A stretch of DNA of 64,000 nt, taken from the NCBI GenBank assembly GCA_905178155.1, contig CAJINV010000006.1:2644658-2708657 (forward strand), in the 5' to 3' direction. A program made the position numbers and the translations under genes. The stretch is from Amoebophrya sp. A120. Its lineage: Eukaryota > Protista > Dinoflagellata. Below, piece after piece: positions 24,601 to 37,811 of this stretch (its first letter is position 1; every line of letters starts with the position of its first letter). The notes below the pieces were generated by a model. It made no database searches, was not told where the DNA came from, and saw only the letters and a program-made list of their open reading frames with translations.

Positions 24601-27600
24601 TAAATGCATTACAAATTTTCTCAGCATGAGAAACAAAATTTGTAATGCGGATTCACCTCGAGAAAAAGATTTGTAATGCATGACTGCAATTACTACGAGT
24701 GCGATACTTTTGCCCAGGATGCTCCTCGGCCCGCCGCGGGATTGGGAAACGAAAATAAAGTTAACGCGGAAAACCCATGCTGGTGCTCAGCAAAAGATGG
24801 GGAGCAGTAGTGCAGCCACCGCAGACGAGGACGCAGCGGACGGTGGAACTACGAGTAAAACTAAGTGGCTTTCCGGCTATGACCCGCTCAAACGTTGCAA
24901 TCTCAAATCGGTTACAATAGAATACTTATGGACATCTGTGATGCACGAGCGCATGATCTAGCTAACTCTCATAGCATTGCGCATGAGAAGTTATCCGGCC
25001 CTCCAAACCCCAGTACAATCTGGCGAAAATTGTATTGCAGAAAGTGGAACGGTGTGAGAGTCTGTGATGCTCATGATGCAAGACAGATCTCAGATCGTAG
25101 TGCAACGTTGGAGATTGTAACACCTGAGCAGGTTATACCGGCGGCATCCGCATTTTACCCCGGTGGCACGGGTTTGCGGCGGACGGGGTTTTTAGCGGGA
25201 CAAGGTGCTTATTGTGAGGAAAAATCCCCCTGCCCCATATCGAAGCGAAGTTTCTGATGCTGGATTTGCGTTGTACACAAATCAGATTTGTCTTGCAGAA
25301 AGTGCTTGGCGGCATTTTCTGAGCCAGTTTGGGTATGCAGAATGCTAGCAATTACGCATGACAAACAGGTTTGCAGTAGTCAAAAGCACATGACAGACTG
25401 GCTGCGGAATGTGCCACATGGCTCCTATTATTACCCTAGAGGCATGACAAAGGTGATTTGTGACCACAAAGCAGCATCACAAATTTCCATTTTGATATGG
25501 GGAGGGGGGAATTTTCCTCTTGATAGTGCTCCATGTTTCACGTCTTTCACCACGGGGTGAAGGGGAGCATATGCATTGCAAATATGTCTTGGTCTGAAAG
25601 AGGTTGCAACTTGTGTTGCATGTTTTGCATTCCTGAAAGATCTGTGTTGCATAGCCAGCAAAAGCGTTACGCTGTTGTCATACGAAGACACAGCGGTTAG
25701 CGTCGAATAGACTTGTCATGCGCGGCTGCACTTGAAAGCACCAGACTCATCCATACTTTTGCATCACAAATTTATTCCAGACCCAGACATATTTGCATTA
25801 GATAGAGCAAAGAAGCGGGCAACAACTATCCGCACATCAAATTTGCGATCGGGAGTAAGCTATCAAATGCAAATATGTCTGGGTCTGGAAACTTGTGATG
25901 CACGGAAGGGAATAGCGAAACCACTGTAATGCGCTGCCCAGCATGACAAGTTTTGCCGTGATTCTGAGTTGCGTACTTCGCATGAGAAACAACTGCGCCT
26001 TTGCATGACAGGCAAGAGGAGCTCTTCGCGGCCACGCAATACAGAGTTCAGTGTCATGCCAAATAGCATGACAAATCTCGCAATCTCCCAGACCCAGACA
26101 TATTTGCAGTTGATATAAGCACTTGCTCAACCTCCTCTCCGCCGCGTTTTACAACGGTCTGGAGCAAAAACCGTACGATTTTTTGCAGACCATATCAAGT
26201 GCAAATATCCCTGGATGTCTGGAACGTTGCAAGACTTGTCAGATGCAAGTTTTCCATGACCCACGAGGTCTGGAATGCGAGACCGAGCATGACAGATTCG
26301 TTTAGGTCTCTATCATGCCTTTCCTGCATGAGAAACTCCCTCTCAATCATTGGCCAAAAGCGGAGGACAGCTTTTGTTACTCACGCAACACAGATTTTTC
26401 CATCATTCTGATTGAGCATGACAAGTTGCAGTGTTGTTCCAGACCACATCCAGGGATATTTGCATTTGATAGACCAGCTACGACGACAACATCTGCACGT
26501 TCGACAGTGTATGAATTGCAAAAGTATCGTGCTCGTACTTCTAATTGCGGCAATGCATTACAACTTTCCTTCTTGAGGTAAATCCACATCACAAATTCAA
26601 TCTCTCAATTATGCTGCGGAAATTTGTGTTGCGAGAATTACAATTACAATTACTACTAGCTGCAGGCTGCTTTTGCAATGCATAAAGTAAGAAATGCGGC
26701 AATTGGAATCCGGTCGGGAACCGGCTAAATCCGCCGTGGTTCATCACCGACCGGCGAAAATCCTCCGAAATGCTGTTGGCGGGCGAAGGCTGGCTGTGGG
26801 GCACGATATGAAAGTGCACAGTTGTTCCCCCTCCCCCTCATGCGTACTATTACATGAACAGCAATACAAACGTCGGCAAGAATACAGGTTTTGCATAACG
26901 AATTTGGCCAGGAGCGTAGCTGCTATTTGGGCTGCCAGAGTGAACTTGTCATGCAAACAGTACCAAGAGCCAAGGCGTGCATTGGGTATCTTGCATGACA
27001 AATGAGGTGGAGGTGGAGTTGTGCACGGTCATACGGGAAAACGGGGGACCACGGGGTGGTGGCCAGGTGGCCGATTCGAGACTGCCTATCAAATGTAAAA
27101 ATGTCTGGGTCTGGAAACTTGTGATGCTGGGTGGCGCATCATGATGAGGCTCCGAATGCTGGCTCAGCATGACAAGTTTCTGAGCTCCTCGGTGTTGCCT
27201 ATTCCGCATGACAAACTGCGCTTCTGCATCACAGAAAAACGGAGCTCTTGGGTAACGTGCATGACAGATTTAACAGCCATGCCAGACAAGCATGACAAAC
27301 ATGAATTCTTCCAGACCCAGACACTTTTACATTTGATACTGCCTGATAAACTACCAGTGCAAACCATTGAATACGCAAAATGCAAAAGCATCGCACTCGT
27401 ACTAATCGCCGTGTTACGGCGCTGCATCACAAATCTCTTTCTCAGGGTAAGTCCGCATTGCAAATTTCAGTTCCCATGCGGAGGAAATTTGTCATGCGAT
27501 TTGCACCCGTGCGAGACTTTTGCACAGGATACTCAAACCGGGCGATAAGATAAAAAACGTTCCGTACGCCGGGCCGGTAGCGGTATTGTGAGGAAAAACG

Positions 27601-27997
27601 TCTCCACCACAGAGTTGTCATGCAGATTTGCAATGACAGGAACTACTTGTCATGCAGATTTGCAATTACTAGAACGACCCGTGTAAAAATGCGCATACCC
27701 ATCGGGGGTATTTTTTCCCATCTTGAGTTGGCATTTGTATTGCTCAATAAACAGAATGAGGGGAAGTACTTAGATGGCTTTGCGAAGATGCGGCTGTCCT
27801 TCCTAAAACTGCACTACAGTACAGAGTGGAACTTCTTGCCATATCAGTGACTCCTAAAACTTCTGGATTTGTTTTGCACAGTTCCAAAGAAGAACTTGAC
27901 TCCGTGTCGGGGACGTTTTCACATACGATTAGCCGTCACGGAGAGTTTGTCGTCTATGTATCCGACTGGGGTTCCGGAACAGGAGGTGCCGGCGTAG
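21634..27997 (+). CDS. DUF273-like putative nucleotide-sugar glycosyltransferase, type II membrane protein, 19 exons
   Basis: Elements at 22135-22402, 22788-23069, 23100-23253, 23301-23479, 23599-23884, 23921-24181, 24244-24521, 24573-24721, 24878-25137, 25210-25525, 25570-25804, 25861-26115, 26193-26471, 26510-26684, 26807-27033, 27087-27338, 27372-27531 and 27584-27930. The joined frame is open to TAG at 27995-27997. It has an N-terminal TM segment, SIQCYARKHGY, DFFFRKHCAVA, VDSD (DxD), FYERSWNFE|VMAGNYIVKNT, SDQGA|IHQLLAE and FHHGVK. Confidence 0.82.
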
Positions 27998-28242
27998 GGC
28001 GAGAACTGTACTGCATCAAGAGAGGGTTAGCATTTTCCTATCTCAAACAACTCCCGATCTTCACGATCTTTGCAGCTGTATATAGGAATTGCAGCAACAA
28101 CATTCTTGTCCCAGTTCATCTCTGCGCAATTTAAATCTAAATGCAAAAACGAACTTCTACAAGCTTGTAATATAAACTTTTTCGAGCGCGACCGAATCGT
28201 TATGAAGATCTCGTCGTCTGCCCTGAACGAGGAGCAGGTTCC

Positions 28243-28494
28243 TATCAAATGATAAAATGTCTGGGTCTGGAAACTTGTGATGCTGGGTGGCGTATCATGA
28301 GGAGGCCACAACTGCCTGCACAGCATGACAAGCTTCTGAGCTTCTAGGTGTTGCCTCTTCTGCATGACAGACTGCGTTTCTGCATGACAGAAAAGTGGCG
28401 CTCTTGGGTAGCGTGCATGACAGATTTGAGAGTCATGCCGGACAAGCATGACAAACATGCACTCTTCCAGACCCAGACATTTTTACATTTGATA
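28243..28494. mobile_element. TAT..ATA element downstream of the stop codon (3' UTR or intergenic)
   Basis: TIR tatcaaatgataaaatgtctgggtctggaa, direct repeat gttcc/gttcc; close copy of 27087-27338. Confidence 0.9.
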
Positions 28495-29387
28495 GTTCCA
28501 CTTTCGAAGCCAAAGATTTCGCTTCAGTCTCCTCTTGGTACACGATCTTCAATCAAACCTGAGCGTAATTTTGATTGTAGATTTTCATTTTTTTAGCATC
28601 AATATCAAATACCGATACTCAAGCCCACAACTTGGCTTTCTCGGAAAATAAATGGCAGATACTATACATAAATTAGAGACTATGTGTCGTCTCATAATTC
28701 TGATCAACAGATGATTGAATTCAATATCAGGCGCGAAAAGAAAAGAAGTTTCGCGAGATGAACCACGTAGGTACCGCTACAAAAACGTAGGCCTGTAAAG
28801 GACATGGGTCTCCTTTGCGATATGAAAAGTTCTAGTTCATCCGATCGCTGAAGGGCAATTCATTGCAACAGCAGCGTTTTTCGCAAAACGAGTTCTTTTC
28901 TTTCTCAGAACAACAGAAGAAACTTTTATTTTATTTGCCAGCACACGACCACGCAAAGTAGAGATCTCTTTGGCCACGCCTAACTTGGAAGAACTTTGTG
29001 CTGGTGATCCCTCTCTAGTATACTAGACAGATCTGTTGGAAAAACCTAATAACGCCAGCTTCAATATATCGTGTATGCGATGAAAACAAGATCCATGATG
29101 TGCCTCTCAATGTTGCTGCTGCTTTTCCGCCTGAATAGGTCTGGTTTCATTTTTTGACTTCACTCAATGTTCTGATTCCTACCATTTTACTTTTCGCGTC
29201 AACAGCGACCACACAGCAACCGTATTTCTCTTTTTCGTTTTAAAAATGCGACTTATTTATTGTACCAGTTCTTTCACCACCCGACCTCCGCGAACAGATA
29301 GTCTAGTAGATTTTTCACCTTCACACTAGTTTCGGCTCAACATCTAGGAAATTCAGTAAAGTGCCACCAGCATCACAAATTTCGAAA

Positions 29388-32300
29388 ATGGACGGCTTCG
29401 CGCCGCAGCAGAACGGCCAGGGCGGGGGAGATGGTATTTTTTAGAACGTTTTTCAAATTAGCATTACAAATTTCCACCTTAGCATGAGAAACAAAATTTG
29501 TAATGCGGACTGACCTTACGAAAAAGATTTGTAATGCAAAAAACACGACACACGGTTCTTGCAAAAATAGACACATTTTTTTCACCGTCTACGCAGGTAA
29601 CGCGAATCCACCAGTTGCCACGGTATCCTTTGTAAAAGCGTCCCCACCCCATAATCAAGATGTGAAATCTGCAAGACAAATCAGCGAGCTTTGATTGTTG
29701 CGCATGACAGATTTTGGCTCGCAGCGTAATCTTCTTTAGCTAGTGCAGCAGCATCACAGATCTAGCACATCATGCCGATTCGAGCATCACAAGCCTCAAA
29801 CTACCACTACGAAATGCTTTGCGTGGGTCTTCGCATGAGAAACATGTTGAGCATGCAGATATGCATTACAACACTAGGGTGGGGATGTTTTCACACAGGA
29901 TATATGGGCGGCATGGACGTGAACCAGATGCGAACCAAAGGCGACCTGCTCGTCCGCAAGGGCGAGGGGTTGCGCGCGGAAAATCCGGAAAAGGGGCAAA
30001 TGCTGGTGCACAAGGGCACCTTGCTCCTGCAGGCCGCCGCGAAAGTATCGTGAGGAAAAATTCCCCCTCGCCATACTTACAATGGAAATTTGTGATGCTG
30101 ATTTGTGACCACAAATCAGCTTTGTCTTGCATAAGAGGCAAATGGGAGCCGTGTGGCGCATTCCACAGCCAACCTGTCATGCGCGTTTGCCTACTGCAAA
30201 GCTGTCTGTCATGCCTGAGCGCCAGCCTTTTGCATACCTAACCAGGCTTAGGAAATGCCTGCAAGCGCTCGCTGCAATACAGCGCTGATTTGTGTACACA
30301 AATCCAGCAACAGAAACTTCCGTTTCAATATGGGGAGGGGGCTTTCTTCACTTCGATAGAAGGGCGGGGTTCCTTCTTCCATGGGAACTACAGGAGGTGC
30401 AGCAGCAAACCAACAGCAGCCTAGTCCGAATGAGAGTACGAGCAAGGGAGGTGCAGGCCTGAATAACATGATGATGGGAGGACCTCCACAACAGCAAAAC
30501 CCGAATCAAAAAGGCGGACTTGCGGCTCTCGGTGGTCCTCCAGGGGGGCACAGTAACTTTGGGAACATCAAAGGCGGCCAGCAAACCGGTGCCGGGGGAG
30601 CTTCGGGGCCCGGCGGCTACGGCCCCGCCATGGGAGGAGCAGGGAACAATCCGCAAAACGCAGCGATGATGATGCACGGAAACAATAAGTCTGGGCCCTA
30701 CGGGGCCCCCCCCGGCGGAGGCGTTGGTGGTGCTATGGGAGGGCCAGGAATGATGCAGAAGGGCGGCTCCAGCCAGAGCACGCCCTACCACGGACCCCAG
30801 CAGGGCGGAAAGAATTACAGCATGGACTTTGTTCATCACAAGGGTGGAGGACCAACGCCGGGCGGTCAGAATTACCATGCGGCCCACGCGCATCATCAGC
30901 ACCACTACAACAATAACCCACAGGTGGGACCTAGCGGGGGCCACCAGCCGGGGCAAATAACCCACCACGCCGGGATATCAAATGCAAATATGTCGGGGTC
31001 TGGAAGGATGCAAGCTTTGGCATGCTTGTCTGGCATGACTGAAGGCTTTTGTGATGCGTGTGGAAGAAGAGACCCTGTTGGCTGTCACGCAAAAACGCAG
31101 CGTGTCATGTAGAAAGCGCAACACTAAGCCGCGAGAATATTTCTCATCATGCTTGGCCGTGCATTACAGAGCATTCTTTGTAGTTCGCGAGCCTGCATTA
31201 CAAGTTTCCAGACCCAGACATTTTTGTATTTCATACGGGAAAAACTATTACAACAACCAACTCGCGCTAAAGGGCGGTTCCTTTTCGGGGCATGATATTG
31301 TGAGGAAAAATGTCCCCACCCCATAGTGAAGATGGGAAATCTGCAACACAAACCCGGAAGTTTTGGGAGTCACGCATGACAAGTTGCCCTCTGTATTGTA
31401 GTGCAGTTTCGCAAGGACAGCCGCATCACAAAGCCAGCTCCTCATCCTATTTGCAGCATCACAAATTCCAAAACACGACTGGAAATGGCTCGCATGGGCG
31501 ACATGCGCATTACAAGTCTTCCTGTCTTTGCAAATCTGCATTACAACTCTGGGGTGGAGACGTTTTTACTCAGGATACATGAGGGCTCCCACTCGCAGTC
31601 GGAACACCACCACGGAAGTGGCCAGTTTTTTCACCATCAAGGGAGTATGAACTGCAAAAGTATCGTACTCGTATAAATGCATGACAAATTCCCTCAGCAT
31701 GAGAAATAAAATTTGTCATGCGGATTTACCTTCAGAAAAAAATTTGTAATGCATAAATGCAATTACTACGAGTACGATACTTTTGCACAGGATAGGGAGA
31801 CGGAAAGTGGAAAAGGTACTGTATGAGATTTTTTTTTTGTACTAACTCATTTGTTCTTTCTCAACATGCAGGCGTGTTTATTTCATAGTTCTTGTTCACC
31901 TAGGTTGGACTTGTTTCTTAGCATGATAACAACACCAGCCGCGACTCCGTATTGTAGCAACCGTGCCTGGCACCATTTAAGTGAAATTCAAATGTACATC
32001 AGCTGAACCTCCGCGGTTCGTTTCCCGAGCCGGACCTCTGGACGCTGTTGCTCGCCAATCTAGATCCGGAGATGCCCACGGTTTTCCTCCTAAATCAAGT
32101 GCTGAAGATATGAGAGTGCACAACCCCTCCGCCTCCCCCTCACTTGTAATGCGAAATACCAAATCCACGCTTTGCCACTTGACACTGTTCTTTGCATGAC
32201 AAGTTCTGGCAGCCCAGATATTAGCACTACTTTCCTTTGCAGATCTGTCGTGCAAGTCCTGTATACTAGCTGATGCTTGTATTGCTGTTTCTCGCGCCTA

Positions 32301-35300
32301 TCGAATGAGGGGCAGGGGGAGTTGTGCGCTGTCATAGAAGAACTGCGGCACCGTAAAGGGCTTTCACCGGGAGGACGACTTCTGCTTTGTGCAGTATGGC
32401 GCGGCGGTGGACGCCTACATTTGCTACCTGGTTCTGAATATGAACTGCAAAAGTATCGTACTCGTATGAATGCATTACAAATTTTCTCAGCGTGAGAAAT
32501 AAAATTTGCAATGCTGATTTACCTCAAGACAAAGAGTTGTAATGCAAGCCTTGCATTTATACGAGTGCGATACTTTTGCAGTTCATACTGAACGACAAGG
32601 AGCTCCCCTTCATGACGGACGACAGGGCGTCCGATTTGGACGACGACCTGTCCAGTGAGGACGAGGACGAACAACCAGTTATCACACTGAAAAATCCCCC
32701 CTCCTCTCACTCAATGTTGGAATTTGTGTAGCATGATTTGTGATCACAAATCACGTTGTCATGCTAGAAGGCAAAAGATGCGGACTGTAGGGCCGGGTGG
32801 CGCGGAAATAAAGCCTTGCATCTTGAGCATGGCACGAACCAACTGCATTGCCCAGAACAGCATGACAAAGTGTCTAAAGGTAACCCGCGGGTGTGTCTCT
32901 TCAGCTTCCAGCAATACAGGTAGATTTGTCTACACAAATTGCGCATCAGAAATCTTCTTTTGATATGGGGAGGGGAAATTTTTCCTTCCAATACCAGTCG
33001 GCGGAGCTACAACTGCGTTTTCTACTTCAGCACAACCCACGACCACGGGAGGTAGACAGCCCGTGCCCGCCCTGAAGTCCGCCACCGCGAAGCCGAAAGC
33101 CAAGCCATTGGCGCGAAATAGAAAGAAGAAAACTACCGTGGAGAGTAGAACGAGCAACAAAGACGGTGGACCAGGAGCGGTTGACGCGCCGGTGCAGACG
33201 TGCTACCAACTGAAGGTGATTTATGAAGAGCAGACCGAAAAGAAGGTCACAGCCTGGAAGAAATCCGCCCGAGTAGAGCTGTCCAAAAGGCTTTTAACCG
33301 CGAACAACACGAAATTGACGGAGGAGGAGCTGGAATTCGAGCTAGAAAAGTCCACCGCCGATATCCTGAGTAAAAATGTCCCCACACCAGAGTTGTAATG
33401 CCAATGTGCATATTGAAAACATTTCTCATGCAAAGCCCCATGAGAAGCATTTTCGAGTCGTGTTTTGGAATTTGTCATGCTCCAATCAGCATGATATAGG
33501 AGATCTGTGATGCTGCTGAATTACCTAAAACAGCACTGCACTACGACGACAAACTTGTCATGCGAAACAGCCACAGATGGTTGATTTGTGTAGCAGAATT
33601 CGCATCTTGACTACGGGGTGTTTTATGTACTGGAAAAGACCAAAAGTAAAGCACGGAGAAGTTTCGGGGTGGGGACATTTTTGCTCAGGATAGCCGACAA
33701 GCAGGCGCTTGTAGACTCCGCGCTGAATCAATACACGGAAAAGGTGAATCAACTGAAACTTTCCACCGCTTTCCTCGAGAACCAGCACGCGCTGGCGCAC
33801 GGCGGAGGTGGCGGCGGGAGGAAAATGCTTTTGAATAAGGAGGAGGCTTTGGAAAAAGCATATCAAATGTAAAAATGTTTGGGTCTGGAACAAAACAACT
33901 TGTCGTACTAAATCTGAATCATGTAAAAATCTGCGTTGCGTGATTACCAAAAGCCGTCCACTTTTGAGCTAATCGAGAGGCAGTTTCTCATCCAGGATCA
34001 TAGGCATGGTAGAACTCTCACAGAATCTGTCATGCTATGTCCTTCATACCAGACCGCATGGGTCATGGGAAACCTGCATGACAAGTCTGGCATTCTTCCA
34101 GACCCATCCATTTTTGCAGTTGATAAAGCAAAACGGAAAAACGCGAAGGAAGCCGCGACTCTGCTCCGCAAAAGAAGAGCCGCTCTGATCGACGTATAAT
34201 GATTTTTGTGCTGCACATATGCAATACAAATTTCCTGTACATGTACAACATGCATCACAAATTTCACCAATTTGAAGGGTAAAACTTGTCATGCTAAACT
34301 AGGATCGAAGTCAAGTTTTGTCATGCAGAGGCCGCATTTGTACGTGTACGGGAAATTTCCTGTGGATAGCACATCTGTTTTTATGTGCAACAATTATTTA
34401 GTCGTTCTTGTATTTACCTAGACAGGTTCTATCTTGTGCGTCCCTGCTGTGGTTGTCGTGCCCCGCACACCACGGGAGCTGCGGGCACCGCAGGGACGAG
34501 ACTTATGATGAAGTCGATGTTCTCCATCTTTGCCAAAGGTCGAAGGAGTAGCCAGGGTCGTGATAAAGTATACAAAAAGAAAACAAACCCCACAGGAAAT
34601 CCGGGTTCTGGAAAAGCGGCGGCGCGTGCAGGAAGTTTTGACCGATTGCAAGGACGTGGAGCAAGAGTTGCTGGACCTGAAGCGGCCGAAGCCACCGTAT
34701 CTGGATATGACCTGCTCAAACGTTACAATCTCAGACGTTACAATCGAATCTGGGATTTGTCTTGCATAATGAGCATGACATTCCACTTTCTGCAACACAA
34801 ATTTCGGCAGATTGTAATGCGGTTTGGGACTCCGGAACTTGGCTAGATCGTGCACTTCTTGCGTCTCAGATTTCCAAAATCTATTGCAACGGTTGAGATT
34901 GTAACGCTTGAGCAGGTCATACGGGAAGTCGTCGCGGAGCCCACCCGCTGGAAGACGTTGTTGCGGTTCTGCGCGCACGAAATCCCGGACGACATCCTGA
35001 TGACCATTCGCTTCGACAAGTGGGAACTGAAAGCCAGCTGCGTGCTGTCCGCGAAGGCCCGGCCCTGGCTTATTGTGAGGAAAAATCCCCCCTCCCCATA
35101 TCGACAACGAAATTTGTGTTGCTGTATTTGAGTATACAAATCGACTTGCATTGCTAGAACGCCAAGCCACGCTGTTGCTGCCTCGTTTGTAGGCAGTTTG
35201 CCATGCTGTTTCCCGTTTCCAGTTGCTTCCTGTCGTGCTGAAGACGCTAGGCCTTCCTACGCCAGCCAGCACTACAGTGCGCATCTCTTCCCTTCTAGCA

Positions 35301-36687
35301 TGACAAAAGGATTTGTGGTCACAAATCACGCTACACAAATCTCCGGTTTAGTATGGGGAGGGGGGATTTTTCCTTTTGATATGGCTGCAGGAGCGGCTGT
35401 GCGAGGAGATTCTGGGCGGGAGGCAGAACGTATGGATTGCAAAAATGTCTGGGTCTGGAAAGATGCAACTTGTCATGCGCATTTTAGAACAATGAAAAAA
35501 TCTGTCATGCACGGGGAGCAAAAGTAGCCATCTTTCTGGTCTCCGAAAGAAGGGATTTGTCATGCGGATTAGGCATTGAGAAAACTGCTCAAAACCTGTT
35601 TTGCTGGGGCTTGCATGACAGACCTTCTGTGTGACGCAGACTCTGCATCACAAACATTTGCAATCTTCCAGACCCAGACATTTTTACACTTGATAGAACG
35701 AGCTGTGCGACTATTTGATGCAGCAGATTCTGGAAAATCAGGTCCAGCTGAGGTACCCGGACGGCACGTTGAAGCCAAAATGGACGTCGGTGGACAGTGA
35801 AAACAACGACACGATAATAGACGACGACGATGACGAGTACAATTTGAAACTAAACTCCACCACCAACGGCTACGAGTTTGTGGAACTGCTTCGGAAGACC
35901 TGCATCCCGCACCTGCAACAAGCGACGTTTGTGACCGTCCGGTTGTGGCGCATGCTGGTCTTCGAGTTTAGGAGGCGGGGGCTGGACCACTGCTTATCAA
36001 AAGGAAAAATCTACTTCCCTCTCCCCAGTAGATCTGAAACGAAATTTATTGTGATGCTGGTTTAGTATCTATTTGGGTACACAAAAAGTTTACTTCATGC
36101 AGATCCTAAGCGGCCCACGTAGCGATCATTATCTATCATGTAGTCCTCTCGGCGTAGATGTGTCGCATGGCAGACGCAACCGGCCCATCTGGAAGCCTAA
36201 ACTATTAAACAGCCTGAGAAATTATAATTATCGTGTCGTGCACCATCCGCCGGCGGACACCACTGGCGTTGCTTTCCTGCAAGTAGTCATGACAGAGCTG
36301 ATTTATTATTGTGTACACAAATGAGCAAGTAGAGGACGAACACAGACTTGTTCTCTTTTGAATACGGGGACGGGGGGAAATTCTTGCCCACAATACTGCT
36401 TCATGGACTTTGACACCCAGGAGTTAAACCGGATTTCCGAACTCTACTTTGAGTCGGTCGACCAGCGGGCGAATGACTATTTTGCCAAGTTGCCCCGCGC
36501 GCGCGCCGCGGAGAACCATGGAGCCACAGAGGAGGAACTGGAGGCCGCGCGCACGGAGCGGTGGGGCGAGTGGCTACAGTGGTGCGAGGAAAGGTTCGGA
36601 GACCAAAAGGCGAAAGTGGCCCAGGAAGAGTTTGAGCACCGGCTGGAGACCGGGAATCTCAATTTGGGGTACCGCCACTGGGAATAA
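29388..36687 (+). CDS. RBM25: RBM25/Snu71-like splicing factor (Gly/Gln-rich N-terminus, RRM, coiled coil, PWI)
   Basis: Elements at 29624-29902, 30046-30358, 30976-31235, 31296-31577, 31646-31794, 32109-32336, 32439-32587, 32680-32993, 33362-33692, 33861-34125, 34706-34921, 35071-35381, 35431-35695 and 35995-36395, plus GT-AG introns 29434-29596, 31816-32002 and 34194-34595. RRM: TLLLANLDPE..VLK|NCGTVKGFHREDDFCFVQY..LVLN. PWI: ARPWL|QERLCEEILGGRQN|ELCDYLMQQI..VRLWRMLVFE. Confidence 0.75.
31646..31794. mobile_element. Introner family F4 representative (TIR TATGAACTGCAAAAGTATCGTACTCGTA; about 150 bp)
   Basis: Other copies at 5925, 23100, 24573, 26510, 27372, 32439 and 39208. Confidence 0.88.
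34706..34921. mobile_element. Introner family F7 representative (TIR TATGACCTGCTCAAACGTTACAATCTC)
   Basis: Other copies at 24878 and 55536. Confidence 0.85.
35071..35381. mobile_element. Introner family F3 representative (TIR TATTGTGAGGAAAAATCCCCCCTCCCCATAT)
   Basis: Other copies at 1493, 25210, 30046, 32680, 35995, 44752, 48331, 52993 and 57618. Confidence 0.88.
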
Positions 36688-37811
36688 GTATAAGTAGTAT
36701 AACAAATGAACGAGCAGTTGTACCTGGTTCTTGAGACGTGGTGCGAAATAAACTTTTGCCCTCTGGGTAAGTACTTACTTATACAACATCTCTGCCGAAG
36801 TAGAAGAAAACGACATTGAATTTGAGTGTTTGAACAAAGAGCCCAAGTAGAAGAAGTTCTTGTCATGAAGAAACACATATTTGAATCAACAGTGACGACG
36901 AGACCTAGTACAACTACATTTTGCCCAGGCCGTGGCCCGCGCTCTCAACAAGAACTTCTTGCGGTGATAAAGAACTTTGTCACAATTATACCTGTTCGTC
37001 TCGATGTTCACGTGTAGTGCATGGAGTTCTTGTTCAATATGGTCAGCCAGGAACAACTCAATAGTGGTGTCATCCTTAGACAGAAGAACAAGTCGTTTCC
37101 TTTCACGCTTTCAAAATCCTGAAGTAGGACTTTCTCGTCGCGCAAAGCATTTTTTTTCGTTCGTTCTTTGTCCTTCTCCTCTGCGCTGGCCAGCGACGCT
37201 GCGGTTCTCGAAAAGCGCAGTTAGTAGTTACTACCAGATCATTAACGTCCACCCTCGTCCAGCTCGTGGCGGTAGAAATAGTAAATTGAATAATCTACAC
37301 GTTCGAGTGCATCATGATATCTTGACCAACACATCGTCCATTTTCGTTCTTCCGTTCTGTTGGATCTTTATAAATTTCACGACCGCAGGTAATCTAATAT
37401 GGATTTTATTAGTCCACGTATCGTGTCTGATAGTACAACAACGGCAGTCCTCGTCCCTGCAGTCGTAAGTATGCGTTTCTGTACTGCTGCTCCTCGTCCG
37501 AATAATTCTCGTGCATCGTATTATTGACTATAGTACTGAGTCGTGGTAGCAGCTTGTTTTGCCCCACGAAGAGGTTGACCATTAACTTCCGAAAACAAGT
37601 TGACCACATAAAAATTCGCTCCTTCGATACTGAAGACTTTGAAGAATCTTCCATCATCTTGGCAGTGCTCCGTTACCACCCGACTTCGAAGGAGATAAAC
37701 TTCACTCGCCTTTCGATTTATGTGTTTATTTTTTCACCGGTCCTCGCATTTTTACTTTGGCGAGCGCGGGATAATAATTCCTGTCTACCCAACGAACCTT
37801 AACAAGAAAAA

